Origin: Verrucomicrobiota bacterium
GTDB taxonomy: Bacteria > Verrucomicrobiota > Lentisphaeria > Lentisphaerales > Lentisphaeraceae
Direction: 5' to 3'
Assembly (NCBI GenBank): GCA_039798785.1
Contig: JBDKFG010000075.1
Span: forward strand, 1 to 22,675
DNA: 22,675 bases
Positions within the stretch are counted from its first letter, which is position 1. Each line of letters begins with the position of its first letter. Below the pieces are notes generated by a model. It worked only from the letters and a program-made list of their open reading frames with translations. It did no database searches and was not told where the DNA came from. Shown here in pieces: positions 14,793 through 22,675 of this stretch. Position numbers and translations under genes: made by a program.

Positions 14793-17749
14793 CTGACGAC
14801 ACAGGCCGCGTCGGAGGCGAGGATTACCGAGCAGAGGTTGGCGAGGGCCTTCTCGGGGGCGCCGGGGTGGAGGGCGAGCTGGCGCGTGAACAAGGCGTCC
14901 AGGGCCGCGGCTTCTTTTGCGGAGGGCGCACGGGCGCAGAGGAGGGTGAAGGCGCGGGCCGGGGCGGACTCGGGAGCTTCCTTGAGGGCGCGGGCGGCAA
15001 GGGCGCGGGCGGTTTCGAGGAAGACCTCGTCGTTGAGCAGGGCCAGGGCCTGCAGCGGGGTGTTGGTGTTCTGGCGGCGCACCGAGCAGACTTCGCGGCT
15101 GCCGGCGTCGAAGAGCTGCAGGTTGGGCGGCGGCGCAGTGCGCTTGCGGAAGGTGTAGAGGCTGCGGCGATGGGCATTCTCGCCCTTGTCCGGATGGTAG
15201 GAGCCGCCGGCGGCGCCGGAATCCTCCCAGACGCCGGCGGGCTGCCAGGGCTTGACGCTGGGGCCGCCGAGCTTGTCGACCAGCAGGCCGGAGGCCTTCA
15301 GGGCCTGGTCGCGCAGGGCTTCGCCGCTGAGGCGGAAGCTGGGGCCGCGGGCGAGCATGCGGTTCGCCGGATCGGCCTTCCACTCGGCTTGGGAACAGGC
15401 CGAGCTCTGGCGGAAGGTGGCGCTCAGGACGATGCGGCGCAGGAGGGCGCGCACATCCCAGCCGCCGTCGACAAATTCGCGCGCCAGGGCGTCGAAGAGC
15501 TCGCGCTGCGCCGGCGCCTCGCCCTGGGTGCCGAAGTTCTCGCGGGTCATCATCAGCCCTTCGCCGAAGCACAGGGCCCAGTAGCGGTTGACCGCGACGC
15601 GTGAGGTCAGGGGATTCTCCTTGTCCGTGGCCCATCTGGCGAGGCCGAGGCGGTCGCGCGGCCATTCCGGCTTGAAGGGGAAGATCTCCTCGAGGGCGCC
15701 GCCCTGCACCTCGCGTTCGAGATCGGGCTGGTCGTAGGCGCCGCGCTTGAGCACGTAGCTCTTGCGGGCGACGGGTGACTTCGCCATCACCGGGATCTGA
15801 GGTATCGAGTCGAAGAGATCCTGATGAGCGCGGCGGGCTTTCTGCAGGGCCTGGGCGGCCTCGGACCACTGGGGCTGGACGCGGCGCTGCCAGAGCTGGA
15901 GCAAGGCGGCGTCGGGCTTCTTCAGGGCTTCGGCGAAGGCGCTGCCGCCGTTCAAGAGGTCGATCTCGAGAGGATGGAGTTCGACGCCGTAGACGCGGAG
16001 TTCGTCGACCTGGCCGTCCTTGAAGCCGAAGTCGCGGTTGCGCGAGCGCCATCCGACCTGCAGCTGACGCATCGGCGTGGGGCCGTCGAGATGGTCGCGC
16101 AGCACCTCGCAAGGCAGCTCCTTGCCGTTCAGCCAGATCTTCATGCCGGCGGCGCGCGAGGAGCCGTCGTAGGTCAGGGTCACATGGTGCCAGGTCTTGA
16201 GGGGCAGAGGCTCGCGGCTCCTGATGGCGATCGCCGAGCCGGGCCAGAGGTGGATGATCTCGAAGCTGAGATGGCCGTCCTTGATCATCAGCTGGTAGCC
16301 CTGCTGGTCGGTCTCGATGGTGAAGTCGCAGCCGTGCAGGATGGTGGCGCGCGGCGCGGCGGTCTCGGCGCGCAGGCGCAGGACGACGCTGAGGGGATCG
16401 CAACGGTGGAAGGCGGGGGTCTTGTCGAGCGCCGGGCCGCTGTCGCCGTCGAGCAGGGTCGCGGGGCCGGCTGGCGACTGCGCCTTGCCATCGAGCTCGT
16501 GCGAGGCGATCGGCTCGGGCAGCTTCGGTGTCGCGGTCTTCGCCCACTCGGCACAGGCTTGGGCGTCGAGCGCAATTTCCGTCAGCTTGTCGGCTGCGAG
16601 TTTCTCGGCACTCGCGAGTTCGGCCAATTTCTTGTCTTGAGCGGGTGTACTGAGGTGCAATGCGGGCCGGGCGACGGCACTGGTGCTGAAAGGGATGGTG
16701 CCGGCCTCGTCGATGCGGTCGAAGCAGGCGCCGAGGGCGAAGAAGTCCTTCTGGCTGATGGGGTCGAACTTGTGGTCGTGGCAGCGGGCGCAGCCGGTGG
16801 TCATGCCGAGGAAGGCGGCGGAGAAGGTCTCGACGCGGTCGGCGACGGCCTCCTGGCGGAACTCCTCGTCGATGCTGCCGCCCTCCTGGGTCATGCGGTG
16901 CAGGCGGTTGAAGGCGGTGGCGAGTTTCTGCTCCTGGGTGGCTTGCGGCAGGAGGTCGCCGGCGATCTGCCAGGTGAGGAACTGATCGTAGCTGAGGTTT
17001 TTGCGGAAGGCGCCAATCACCCAGTCGCGCCAGGGCCAGTTGCGGCTCTGAGTGTCGCTCTGGTAGCCGTGGGTGTCGGCGAAGCGGGCGGCGTCCATCC
17101 AGTCCTGGGCGAGGTGCTCGGCGCAGGCGTTGGAGGCAAGCAGGGCCTCGACGCGTTTTTCATAGGCCACTGAGGACTGATCCTGCTCGAAAGAAGTCAC
17201 CTCTTCCGGGCTCGGCGGCAGGCCGGTGAGAACGAGGTGGACGCGCCGCAGCAGCTCGGCCCGGCTGGCCTCGGACTTGGGCTTGAGACCGGCCTTCTCG
17301 AGCTTCGCCAGGACGTAGCGGTCGAGGGGATCCTTGGCCCAGGAGGCGTCCTTGACGGCTGGAGCCGGAGCGCTTTTCGGAGGGACGAAGGCCCAGTGCT
17401 TCTCGTAAGGAGCTCCCTGCTTGATCCAGGTCTCGAGGATCTTCTTCTCCGCGGCGCTGAGGGTCTTGTGGCTCTTTTGCGGCGGCATCCGCTCTTCCTC
17501 GTCGTCGCTGTGAATGCGTTCGATCAGGCTGCTTTTCTCCGGATGCCCGGGCACGATGGCGGCGTGGCCTTCGTCGAAGGGCTTGGTCGCCAGTGCGAAA
17601 GTGTGGAGTTGCAGGTCACCCTTGATCTTGTCCTTGTCGTTGCCGTGACAGGCGAAACATTTGTCGGAGAGGATCGGCAGCACCTGTTCATTGTAGCCGA
17701 CGGACGGTTCTTCAGACAGCAGGACAATAAACAGGAATAGGGAATTCAT
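14789..17749 (-). CDS. PSD1 / planctomycete cytochrome c protein (PSCyt1 + DUF1549 + LamG + DUF1553), 986 aa
   Basis: CFACH and CARCH heme motifs; WIKQGA, HWAF, ARFADTHGY, HDHKFDPISQKDF, NPLTSRVAVNR, RLSGEALRD, RRSLY, NTPLQAL; LamG WHHVTLTYDG..DELRVY. Start corrected to 17749 (RBS AGGAG). Confidence 0.93.
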   Translation of the reverse strand: MNSLFLFIVLLSEEPSVGYNEQVLPILSDKCFACHGNDKDKIKGDLQLHTFALATKPFDEGHAAIVPGHPEKSSLIERIHSDDEEERMPPQKSHKTLSAAEKKILETWIKQGAPYEKHWAFVPPKSAPAPAVKDASWAKDPLDRYVLAKLEKAGLKPKSEASRAELLRRVHLVLTGLPPSPEEVTSFEQDQSSVAYEKRVEALLASNACAEHLAQDWMDAARFADTHGYQSDTQSRNWPWRDWVIGAFRKNLSYDQFLTWQIAGDLLPQATQEQKLATAFNRLHRMTQEGGSIDEEFRQEAVADRVETFSAAFLGMTTGCARCHDHKFDPISQKDFFALGACFDRIDEAGTIPFSTSAVARPALHLSTPAQDKKLAELASAEKLAADKLTEIALDAQACAEWAKTATPKLPEPIASHELDGKAQSPAGPATLLDGDSGPALDKTPAFHRCDPLSVVLRLRAETAAPRATILHGCDFTIETDQQGYQLMIKDGHLSFEIIHLWPGSAIAIRSREPLPLKTWHHVTLTYDGSSRAAGMKIWLNGKELPCEVLRDHLDGPTPMRQLQVGWRSRNRDFGFKDGQVDELRVYGVELHPLEIDLLNGGSAFAEALKKPDAALLQLWQRRVQPQWSEAAQALQKARRAHQDLFDSIPQIPVMAKSPVARKSYVLKRGAYDQPDLEREVQGGALEEIFPFKPEWPRDRLGLARWATDKENPLTSRVAVNRYWALCFGEGLMMTRENFGTQGEAPAQRELFDALAREFVDGGWDVRALLRRIVLSATFRQSSACSQAEWKADPANRMLARGPSFRLSGEALRDQALKASGLLVDKLGGPSVKPWQPAGVWEDSGAAGGSYHPDKGENAHRRSLYTFRKRTAPPPNLQLFDAGSREVCSVRRQNTNTPLQALALLNDEVFLETARALAARALKEAPESAPARAFTLLCARAPSAKEAAALDALFTRQLALHPGAPEKALANLCSVILASDAACVVR

Positions 17750-17817
17750 GAGCGGCTCCTGAATTTGCTTCAACTGGCTACTCAGAAACCGAAGAACACG
17801 ATGCCGTTCCCATTTAC

Positions 17818-17850
17818 TTATAGAACAATTCACACTTTTTATAGGACATT
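17818..17850. promoter_or_regulatory. Direct repeat with 21-bp period in the divergent promoter region
   Basis: TTATAGAACAAT (17818-17829) and TTATAGGACATT (17839-17850), 10 of 12 identical, in an AT-rich stretch 70-100 bp upstream of the PSD1 gene. Confidence 0.5.
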
Positions 17851-17976
17851 GGAAGTTTTCAGGAATGTCGCACTCGGGAAAATGACGGATATTCGCCCCC
17901 TCACCGTCTTGGTCTGGGAGGAATCGGAATATCTTCAAGACTGGTCACCCCCCGCATACAAAGACAGGAGTCATCC

Positions 17977-18666
17977 ATGGAAATTGCCCTCGACCGCCGC
18001 AGCTTCATCCTCAGTTCCAGCGCCGTATCAATCGGTTTTCTCGGTCTGGCTCAAAGCGCCCAGGCTGCTCCGGTCGAAGTGCCGGCCCTTCCTTATGGTG
18101 AGGCTGATCTTGCTCCGGTGATTTCGCAACAGACCATTGGCTTCCACTATGGCAAGCACCACAAAGGTTATGCCGACAAGCTCAATGGCATGATCAAAGG
18201 CAGCCCCTTCGCCGATCTGAAACTGGAAGAGATCATGCGGCAGACCGCCGGCAAAAAAGAGCATGGCGGCATCTTCAACAACGCGGCCCAGGTCTGGAAC
18301 CACACTTTCTACTGGAAAAGCCTGAAACCCAAAGGCGGCGGCGAGCTCCCCGCCGATTTGAAAAAGGCCTTCGACAGCTCTTTCGGCAGTGTCGAAGCCG
18401 GCAAAAAAGCTCTCGCCGATGCCGCCCTGACGCAGTTCGGCAGCGGCTGGGCCTGGCTGGTGCGCAAAGAAGACAAGTCCCTCGCCGTGGTCAAGACCGG
18501 CAACGCCGAGTGCCCACTCACTCAAGGGCTCAAGCCGCTCCTCACCATCGATGTCTGGGAACATGCCTATTACCTCGACTACCAGAACCGCCGCGCCGAT
18601 TATGTCGCCGCCGTCATCGACAAGGCGATCAACTGGGAATTCGCGCTTCAAAACCTCGCTGACTGA
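17977..18666 (+). CDS. sodB: Superoxide dismutase, Fe-type, with Tat signal, 229 aa
   Basis: [21 protein letters not shown] (AAQ is the Fe-type signature), [17 protein letters not shown]-terminal DRRSFIL...AQA; RBS AGGAG. Confidence 0.93.
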   Translation: MEIALDRRSFILSSSAVSIGFLGLAQSAQAAPVEVPALPYGEADLAPVISQQTIGFHYGKHHKGYADKLNGMIKGSPFADLKLEEIMRQTAGKKEHGGIFNNAAQVWNHTFYWKSLKPKGGGELPADLKKAFDSSFGSVEAGKKALADAALTQFGSGWAWLVRKEDKSLAVVKTGNAECPLTQGLKPLLTIDVWEHAYYLDYQNRRADYVAAVIDKAINWEFALQNLAD

Positions 18667-18684
18667 TCTTCTCCTGTTGGAAAA

Positions 18685-18725
18685 CGCCGGATTTGCGCCT
18701 GCCGCAAGTCCGGCGATTTCTTTCT
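18685..18725 (+). terminator. Rho-independent terminator after sod
   Basis: 13-bp stem CGCCGGATTTGCG / CGCAAGTCCGGCG (one G-U pair), 5-nt loop, followed by ATTTCTTTCT. Confidence 0.8.
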
Positions 18726-18792
18726 GTCGAGTCCCGGGCAGGTGCGCTTCCCGCCATGTCGCGCTAGAATAGGGAAAAACTCAAGAGTCACC

Positions 18793-19422
18793 ATGATCTG
18801 CGATTTCTGTCAGCAACAAGAAGCCTCCATCCACATCGAGCAGACTGTCAACGGTCTCCGTGCCGCCCTCAACATCTGTCATCCCTGCGCCGTCGCGCAG
18901 GGATTGACACCGGAGAGCTCGGCTCAGTTCAATCCCGCTGCCTTCGCCGAGATCCTTCGCCGCCAGCAGCTCAGCCAGCAGGCTCGCATCTGCCCGAACT
19001 GCCGCACCACCACTGAAATGGTGGCGCGAGACGGCAAGGCCGGCTGCCCTCTCTGCTACACCGTGCACTGGTCCCAGCTCGAGCCCGGCCAGTGGCAGCG
19101 CAGCCGCGATTGGGATCTCCGCCACAAGGGCAAGGAGCCGCTTCGTCATGGTCAGCGAAAGCCGAAAGACGCCGCCGCTGAAAGCACTCCCGCCGCGGTC
19201 GCTCCCGCCCCGCGACCCGCACCTCAGCAGAAGAAGAGCTCCAGTGCGCCGCCGCCCCCGCCGCCCGATCCCATCCCCGAGGAAACCCGGCTTCTTCCCT
19301 CGAGCGACCCCATGGCCGAGCTGCAAACCGCCCTTCGCCACGCCATCGCCGATGAGGATTACGAGCACGCCGCTGCCATCCGGGACCAGATCCGCAAGCT
19401 GCGCGAAGGAGATCCCTCATGA
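18793..19422 (+). CDS. mcsA: McsA-like protein arginine kinase activator (four CxxC motifs and a UVR motif), 209 aa
   Basis: MICDFC, CHPC, CPNC, GCPLCY, HKGKEP, C-terminal LRHAIADEDYEHAAAIRDQIR; ATGA-coupled to mcsB. Start set at ATG 18793. Confidence 0.88.
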   Translation: MICDFCQQQEASIHIEQTVNGLRAALNICHPCAVAQGLTPESSAQFNPAAFAEILRRQQLSQQARICPNCRTTTEMVARDGKAGCPLCYTVHWSQLEPGQWQRSRDWDLRHKGKEPLRHGQRKPKDAAAESTPAAVAPAPRPAPQQKKSSSAPPPPPPDPIPEETRLLPSSDPMAELQTALRHAIADEDYEHAAAIRDQIRKLREGDPS

Positions 19423-20480
19423 GCCCCGAAGAATTTCATCGCTTCGTCAGCTCCAGCCCTTCCTGGCTTCGCGAAATCGGCCCCGAAGGCGACGTCGTGC
19501 TCTCAACCCGCGCACGCCTGGCCCGCAACGTCCGCGGCTACTCATTCCCCGGCCGGGCCACAGCTCCGGAACGCCGCGAACTGCGCGATCTCGCCCTCGC
19601 CGCCTTGCGCCGCGTCCGTCCCGGCATCTTTGCTTATGTCGATCTCGACCCTCTCGATACCCAGGGCCGCCGCCTCTATCATGAACGCCATCTCCTCGGC
19701 GCCCAGATGATACAAGCTCTTCCTTACGCATCTCTTGCCTTCAGCAGCGATGAACGCCTCTCCGCCGTGGTCAACGAGGAGGATCATCTCCGCCTGCAAT
19801 CCCTCCTGCCTGGATTGCAGCTGGCTGAAGCCTGGAAGCAGGTCGATCGCTTTGATGACGATCTTTCCGGGCGCCTCGACTTCGCCTTCGATCCCGATCT
19901 CGGCTACCTCAGCGCCTGCCCCAGCAATCTCGGTACCGGCCTCCGCCTTTCGGTGATGCTCTCTCTTCCCGGCCTCGAGAACAAGGACGAAATTCCGCGG
20001 GTCACCAAGGCGGTTGAAGCCATCGGCTTCACTCTCCGCGGCTGCACCGGAGAAGGCTCCGCCGCCATCGGCGCCACCTGGCAGCTCTCCAACCAGAGCA
20101 CTCTCGGAGAAGCAGAAGAAAGCATCGTCAATCGCCTCCAGGATTTCACCCTCGACCTTGTCGAGCGTGAACGCGCCGCCCGCCGCGACCTCGCTCTCCA
20201 TACGCCTCTAGTTCTTGAAAATGTCATCGCCCGCAACCTCGCCATACTCAGCGCCTCGACACTCCTTACCGAGGAAGAAGCGCTCTGCATCCTCTTCGTT
20301 CTCGTCGCCGGCCACGCCACCGGTCACGTCCAACGGCTGAAGCTCCGTAACATCCGCTCGCTCATCGTCCACTCCCGACAATCCCACCTCCATCATATCA
20401 CCCGCTGCGATGAGGATAAACACGACCAGGCCCGCTGCAGACTCGTTCGTGCCGCCCTCGAAATCGCCCAGTGGCCCTAA
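19419..20480 (+). CDS. mcsB: McsB-like protein arginine kinase (ATP:guanido phosphotransferase), 353 aa
   Basis: VLSTRARLARN, ERHL, VNEEDHLRLQ, GYLSACPSNLGTGLR, GEGS, QLSNQSTLG. Confidence 0.9.
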   Translation: MSPEEFHRFVSSSPSWLREIGPEGDVVLSTRARLARNVRGYSFPGRATAPERRELRDLALAALRRVRPGIFAYVDLDPLDTQGRRLYHERHLLGAQMIQALPYASLAFSSDERLSAVVNEEDHLRLQSLLPGLQLAEAWKQVDRFDDDLSGRLDFAFDPDLGYLSACPSNLGTGLRLSVMLSLPGLENKDEIPRVTKAVEAIGFTLRGCTGEGSAAIGATWQLSNQSTLGEAEESIVNRLQDFTLDLVERERAARRDLALHTPLVLENVIARNLAILSASTLLTEEEALCILFVLVAGHATGHVQRLKLRNIRSLIVHSRQSHLHHITRCDEDKHDQARCRLVRAALEIAQWP

Positions 20481-20483
20481 CCA

Positions 20484-20592
20484 AATTACGAATTACAAAT
20501 TTCGAATTACAAATTGATGGCATCAGCCCTCGCATCTCGTAGTTCGCTCCTCGTAATTCGTAATTCGTAATTCGCAATTCGCAATTCGCAAC
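20484..20592. repeat. Two heptamer tandem arrays in inverted orientation
   Basis: Left, 5 units: AATTACG/AATTACA/AATTTCG/AATTACA/AATTGAT (20484-20518). Right, 9 units: TCGCATC/TCGTAGT/TCGCTCC/(TCGTAAT)3/(TCGCAAT)2/TCGCAAC (20530-20592). TCGTAAT is the reverse complement of ATTACGA. Confidence 0.9.
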
Positions 20593-20605
20593 TGAAAGGC
20601 TCACC

Positions 20606-21118
20606 ATGTCCAAAATCGATCCCGAAGATGATCTCATCGCCCGCATCCAGGAAACCCTCAAGCATCACGGCTTCCCGCAGCATTCCGTCGCCTTGCCCTT
20701 TCCCGCTTTGCGAGATGCGGCTATCAAGCGCGGCATCGAACTGACCATGGTTCTCGATCGCTTGGAAATGATGTCGGTCTATGCCGCTCATGATGAAGAA
20801 AGAATCATCTTCAGCGCCGAACCACTTGAAGAGGAAAATGAGGACGAAGACGATGGAGAGGCTCCGGAAATGGATTCTTCCGAATATGTCGCGGAAGGCG
20901 CAAAAGCCCGCGGCGGCCCCTTCGGCGATATCTACGACCTTCTCAAAGGCATGGACCTCAGCGGCGGCCCGCAAAACCTGCAAGCCCAGATCGCCGCCAT
21001 GATGGAGCGCCTCAGCCCGGAACAGCAGGAAAAGATCGTCAACACCTGGATGACCATGGACCCCGCCCAGCGCCAGAAGATCATGGAAGAGGGCAAGAAG
21101 ATGGGGCTCAATCCCTGA
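20606..21118 (+). CDS. Hypothetical acidic protein, 170 aa
   Basis: ATG preceded by GAAAGG; codon style matches the neighbours; acidic linker (EEENEDEDDGE) and a Met/Gln-rich helical C-terminus. Confidence 0.8.
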   Translation: MSKIDPEDDLIARIQETLKHHGFPQHSVALPFPALRDAAIKRGIELTMVLDRLEMMSVYAAHDEERIIFSAEPLEEENEDEDDGEAPEMDSSEYVAEGAKARGGPFGDIYDLLKGMDLSGGPQNLQAQIAAMMERLSPEQQEKIVNTWMTMDPAQRQKIMEEGKKMGLNP

Positions 21119-21180
21119 GTCCAGCTGCTCATCTACTGGATCGCTGGCGTCCCGCCGGCTGTCCTCATGTGGCTCGAGCT

Positions 21181-21282
21181 TGGTTTGCAGCCCCGGCTTC
21201 AGCCGGCTCGTTCTTGAGCTCGAATCACCCTGACGCATAATCCAGCAAAAACAATTCCGGCTGAAGCCGGGGCTACAAACCA
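21181..21282. repeat. REP doublet (REPIN-like): two GTAG-class REP-like palindromes in inverted orientation
   Basis: TGGTTTGCAGCCCCGGCTTCAGCCGG (21181-21206) and CCGGCTGAAGCCGGGGCTACAAACCA (21257-21282) are 25/26 reverse-complementary with a 50-bp spacer; each has an internal CCGGCT/AGCCGG palindrome next to GTAG or GCAG. Confidence 0.8.
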
Positions 21283-21296
21283 GCAAAAAACTGACC

Positions 21297-22675
21297 ATGC
21301 AAAAACTGATCTGGCTCTCCCTCGCCCTCCTCGGCGCCGCTTCCATGGGCGTCCTCGCCCTCAATCGAGGCGAAACCGTCTCCGCCGCCTGGCTCGTCGT
21401 CGCGGCGCTCTGCTGCCACCTCGTCGCCTACCGCTTCTACTCGAAATTCATCGCCGGCAAGTTCCTCCAACTCGACGACTCGCGCCGCACCCCGGCGCAC
21501 GAGAAGAACGATGGCATGGACTTCGTCCCCACCTCCAAGGGCGTGCTCTTCGGCCACCACTTCGCCGCCATCGCCGGCGCCGGTCCCTTGATGGGACCCG
21601 TCCTCGCCGCCCAGCTCGGCTACCTGCCGGGGACTTTGTGGATCCTCGCCGGCGCGGTCTTCTGCGGCGCGGTGCAGGACTTCACCGTCCTGGTCATCTC
21701 GTCGCGACGCGGCGCCCGCTCGCTGCCCGAGATGATCAAGGACGAAATGGGTAAACCCGCCGGACTCTGCTGCGGCATCGGCATCATGGGCATCGTCCTC
21801 GTCCTCCTCGCGGTCCTTGCCTTCGTCGTCACCAACGCCCTCGCCGAATCCCCCTGGGGCACCTTCACCGTGCTCGCCACCATTCCCATCGCCCTCTTGA
21901 TGGGCCTGTGGACCCGTTACCTCCGCCCCGGCGCGGTGCTCGAGGCGACGGCGATCGGCATCCTCTTGCTGCTCGGCTCGATCCTTTTCGGCGGCAAGCT
22001 CGAAGGCCTCGGCTGGGACCACTACTTCCTCTTCAGCAAGACCCAGATCGCCTGGGGCCTGATCGTCTACGGCGCCCTCGCCTCGATCCTGCCGGTCTGG
22101 CTGTTGCTCGCCCCCCGCGACTACCTCTCCACCTTCCTCAAGCTCGGCGTCATCGTCCTTCTCGGCCTTGGCATCCTGATCAGCCTGCCGGATCTGCACA
22201 TGCCGGCGATCAGCAAGTTCATCGACGGCTCCGGCCCGGTCTTCGCCGGCAATCTCTTCCCCTTCATGTTCATCACCATCGCCTGCGGCGCGGTCTCCGG
22301 ATTCCACTCCCTCGTCGCCTCCGGCACCACGCCGAAACTGCTCGACCAGGAATCCCACGCCCGCCCCATCGGCTACGGCGCCATGCTCTGTGAATCCGGC
22401 GTCGCCATCATGGCGATGATCTGCGCCTGCATGCTCCAACCCGGTCTCTACTTCGCCGTCAACACCCCCGCCGCGGTGCTCGGACCGGATGCCGTCGCCG
22501 CCTGCGCCAAGATCAGCGAATGGGGCTTCAAGATCACCCCCGAGGAACTGCAGGCCGCGACCGTCGCCATTGGTGAACCCTCCTTGCTCTCCAAGGTCGG
22601 CGGCGCCCCCACCTTCGCCCTCGGCACCGCCTTCATCCTCAATGAGGCCTTCGGCGGCACCGCCGCCTTCTGGTA
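21297..22675 (+). CDS. cstA: Carbon starvation protein CstA family transporter (peptide/pyruvate), truncated by the window end
   Basis: Not in the ORF track because no stop falls inside the window. Manual translation: MQKLIWLSLALLGAASMGVLALNRGETVSAAWLVVAALCCHLVAYRFYS...TPAHEKNDGMDFVPT..VLFGHHFAAIAGAGPLMGP...APRDYLSTFLK...ITIACGAVSGFHSL. Confidence 0.95.
   Translation, partial: MQKLIWLSLALLGAASMGVLALNRGETVSAAWLVVAALCCHLVAYRFYSKFIAGKFLQLDDSRRTPAHEKNDGMDFVPTSKGVLFGHHFAAIAGAGPLMGPVLAAQLGYLPGTLWILAGAVFCGAVQDFTVLVISSRRGARSLPEMIKDEMGKPAGLCCGIGIMGIVLVLLAVLAFVVTNALAESPWGTFTVLATIPIALLMGLWTRYLRPGAVLEATAIGILLLLGSILFGGKLEGLGWDHYFLFSKTQIAWGLIVYGALASILPVWLLLAPRDYLSTFLKLGVIVLLGLGILISLPDLHMPAISKFIDGSGPVFAGNLFPFMFITIACGAVSGFHSLVASGTTPKLLDQESHARPIGYGAMLCESGVAIMAMICACMLQPGLYFAVNTPAAVLGPDAVAACAKISEWGFKITPEELQAATVAIGEPSLLSKVGGAPTFALGTAFILNEAFGGTAAFW

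Noticed and set aside
14793..16547. N-terminal extension of ORF 11886..16547 (1553 aa)
   Set aside because: Off-frame shadow of the PSD1 gene in high-GC DNA; the signal peptide starts at 14792 or 14765.
6945..17173. Long plus-strand ORFs (6945..8246, 8255..9619, 12012..14009, 15824..17173)
   Set aside because: Antisense mirrors of well-supported minus-strand genes, with no recognisable motifs.
17750..17938. 63-aa extension of the PSD1 ORF
   Set aside because: Runs through the AT-rich divergent promoter; AGGAG supports ATG 17749.
20484..20592. CRISPR array or CtsR operator interpretation of the heptamer repeats
   Set aside because: No spacers and no cas genes; the units do not match the CtsR heptad RGTCAAA and lie downstream of mcsB.
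20398..21364. Minus-strand ORFs containing NYELRITNYELR-like peptides
   Set aside because: Translation artefacts of the heptamer array and REP elements, antisense to the 170-aa gene.
21273..22439. 388-aa minus-strand ORF
   Set aside because: Antisense to cstA, which is clearly encoded on the plus strand.

Overview
GC-rich bacterial window. The gene content (PSD1/DUF1553-DUF1549 cytochrome protein, DUF1501, McsA/McsB, PEGA proteins) points to the PVC superphylum (Lentisphaerae, Verrucomicrobia or Planctomycetes); this is an inference. Minus strand, right to left: (i) a tightly packed five-gene unit encoding a diheme PSD1/LamG cytochrome c protein, a DUF5703/GH95-like hydrolase, an uncharacterised secreted glycoside-hydrolase-like protein, a Tat-exported DUF1501 protein and a PAL-like NHL beta-propeller; (ii) a 145-bp MITE with 16-bp terminal inverted repeats and a 10-bp target duplication; (iii) pstS and a long pstC with a Pho-box-like repeat but no pstA/pstB; (iv) an FHA-TM-PEGA-OB protein coupled to an alpha/beta hydrolase. 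Plus strand: Tat-signal Fe-SOD, mcsA-mcsB without ctsR/clpC, an inverted heptamer array, an acidic hypothetical protein, a REP doublet and a 3'-truncated cstA. The best candidate for an undescribed system is the PSD1-cytochrome/DUF1501 pair split by, and translationally coupled to, two glycosidase-like genes, one with an apparently circularly permuted LamG insert. Several ORF-track starts are over-extended and were corrected. All calls are from motif reading by eye; no searches were run.
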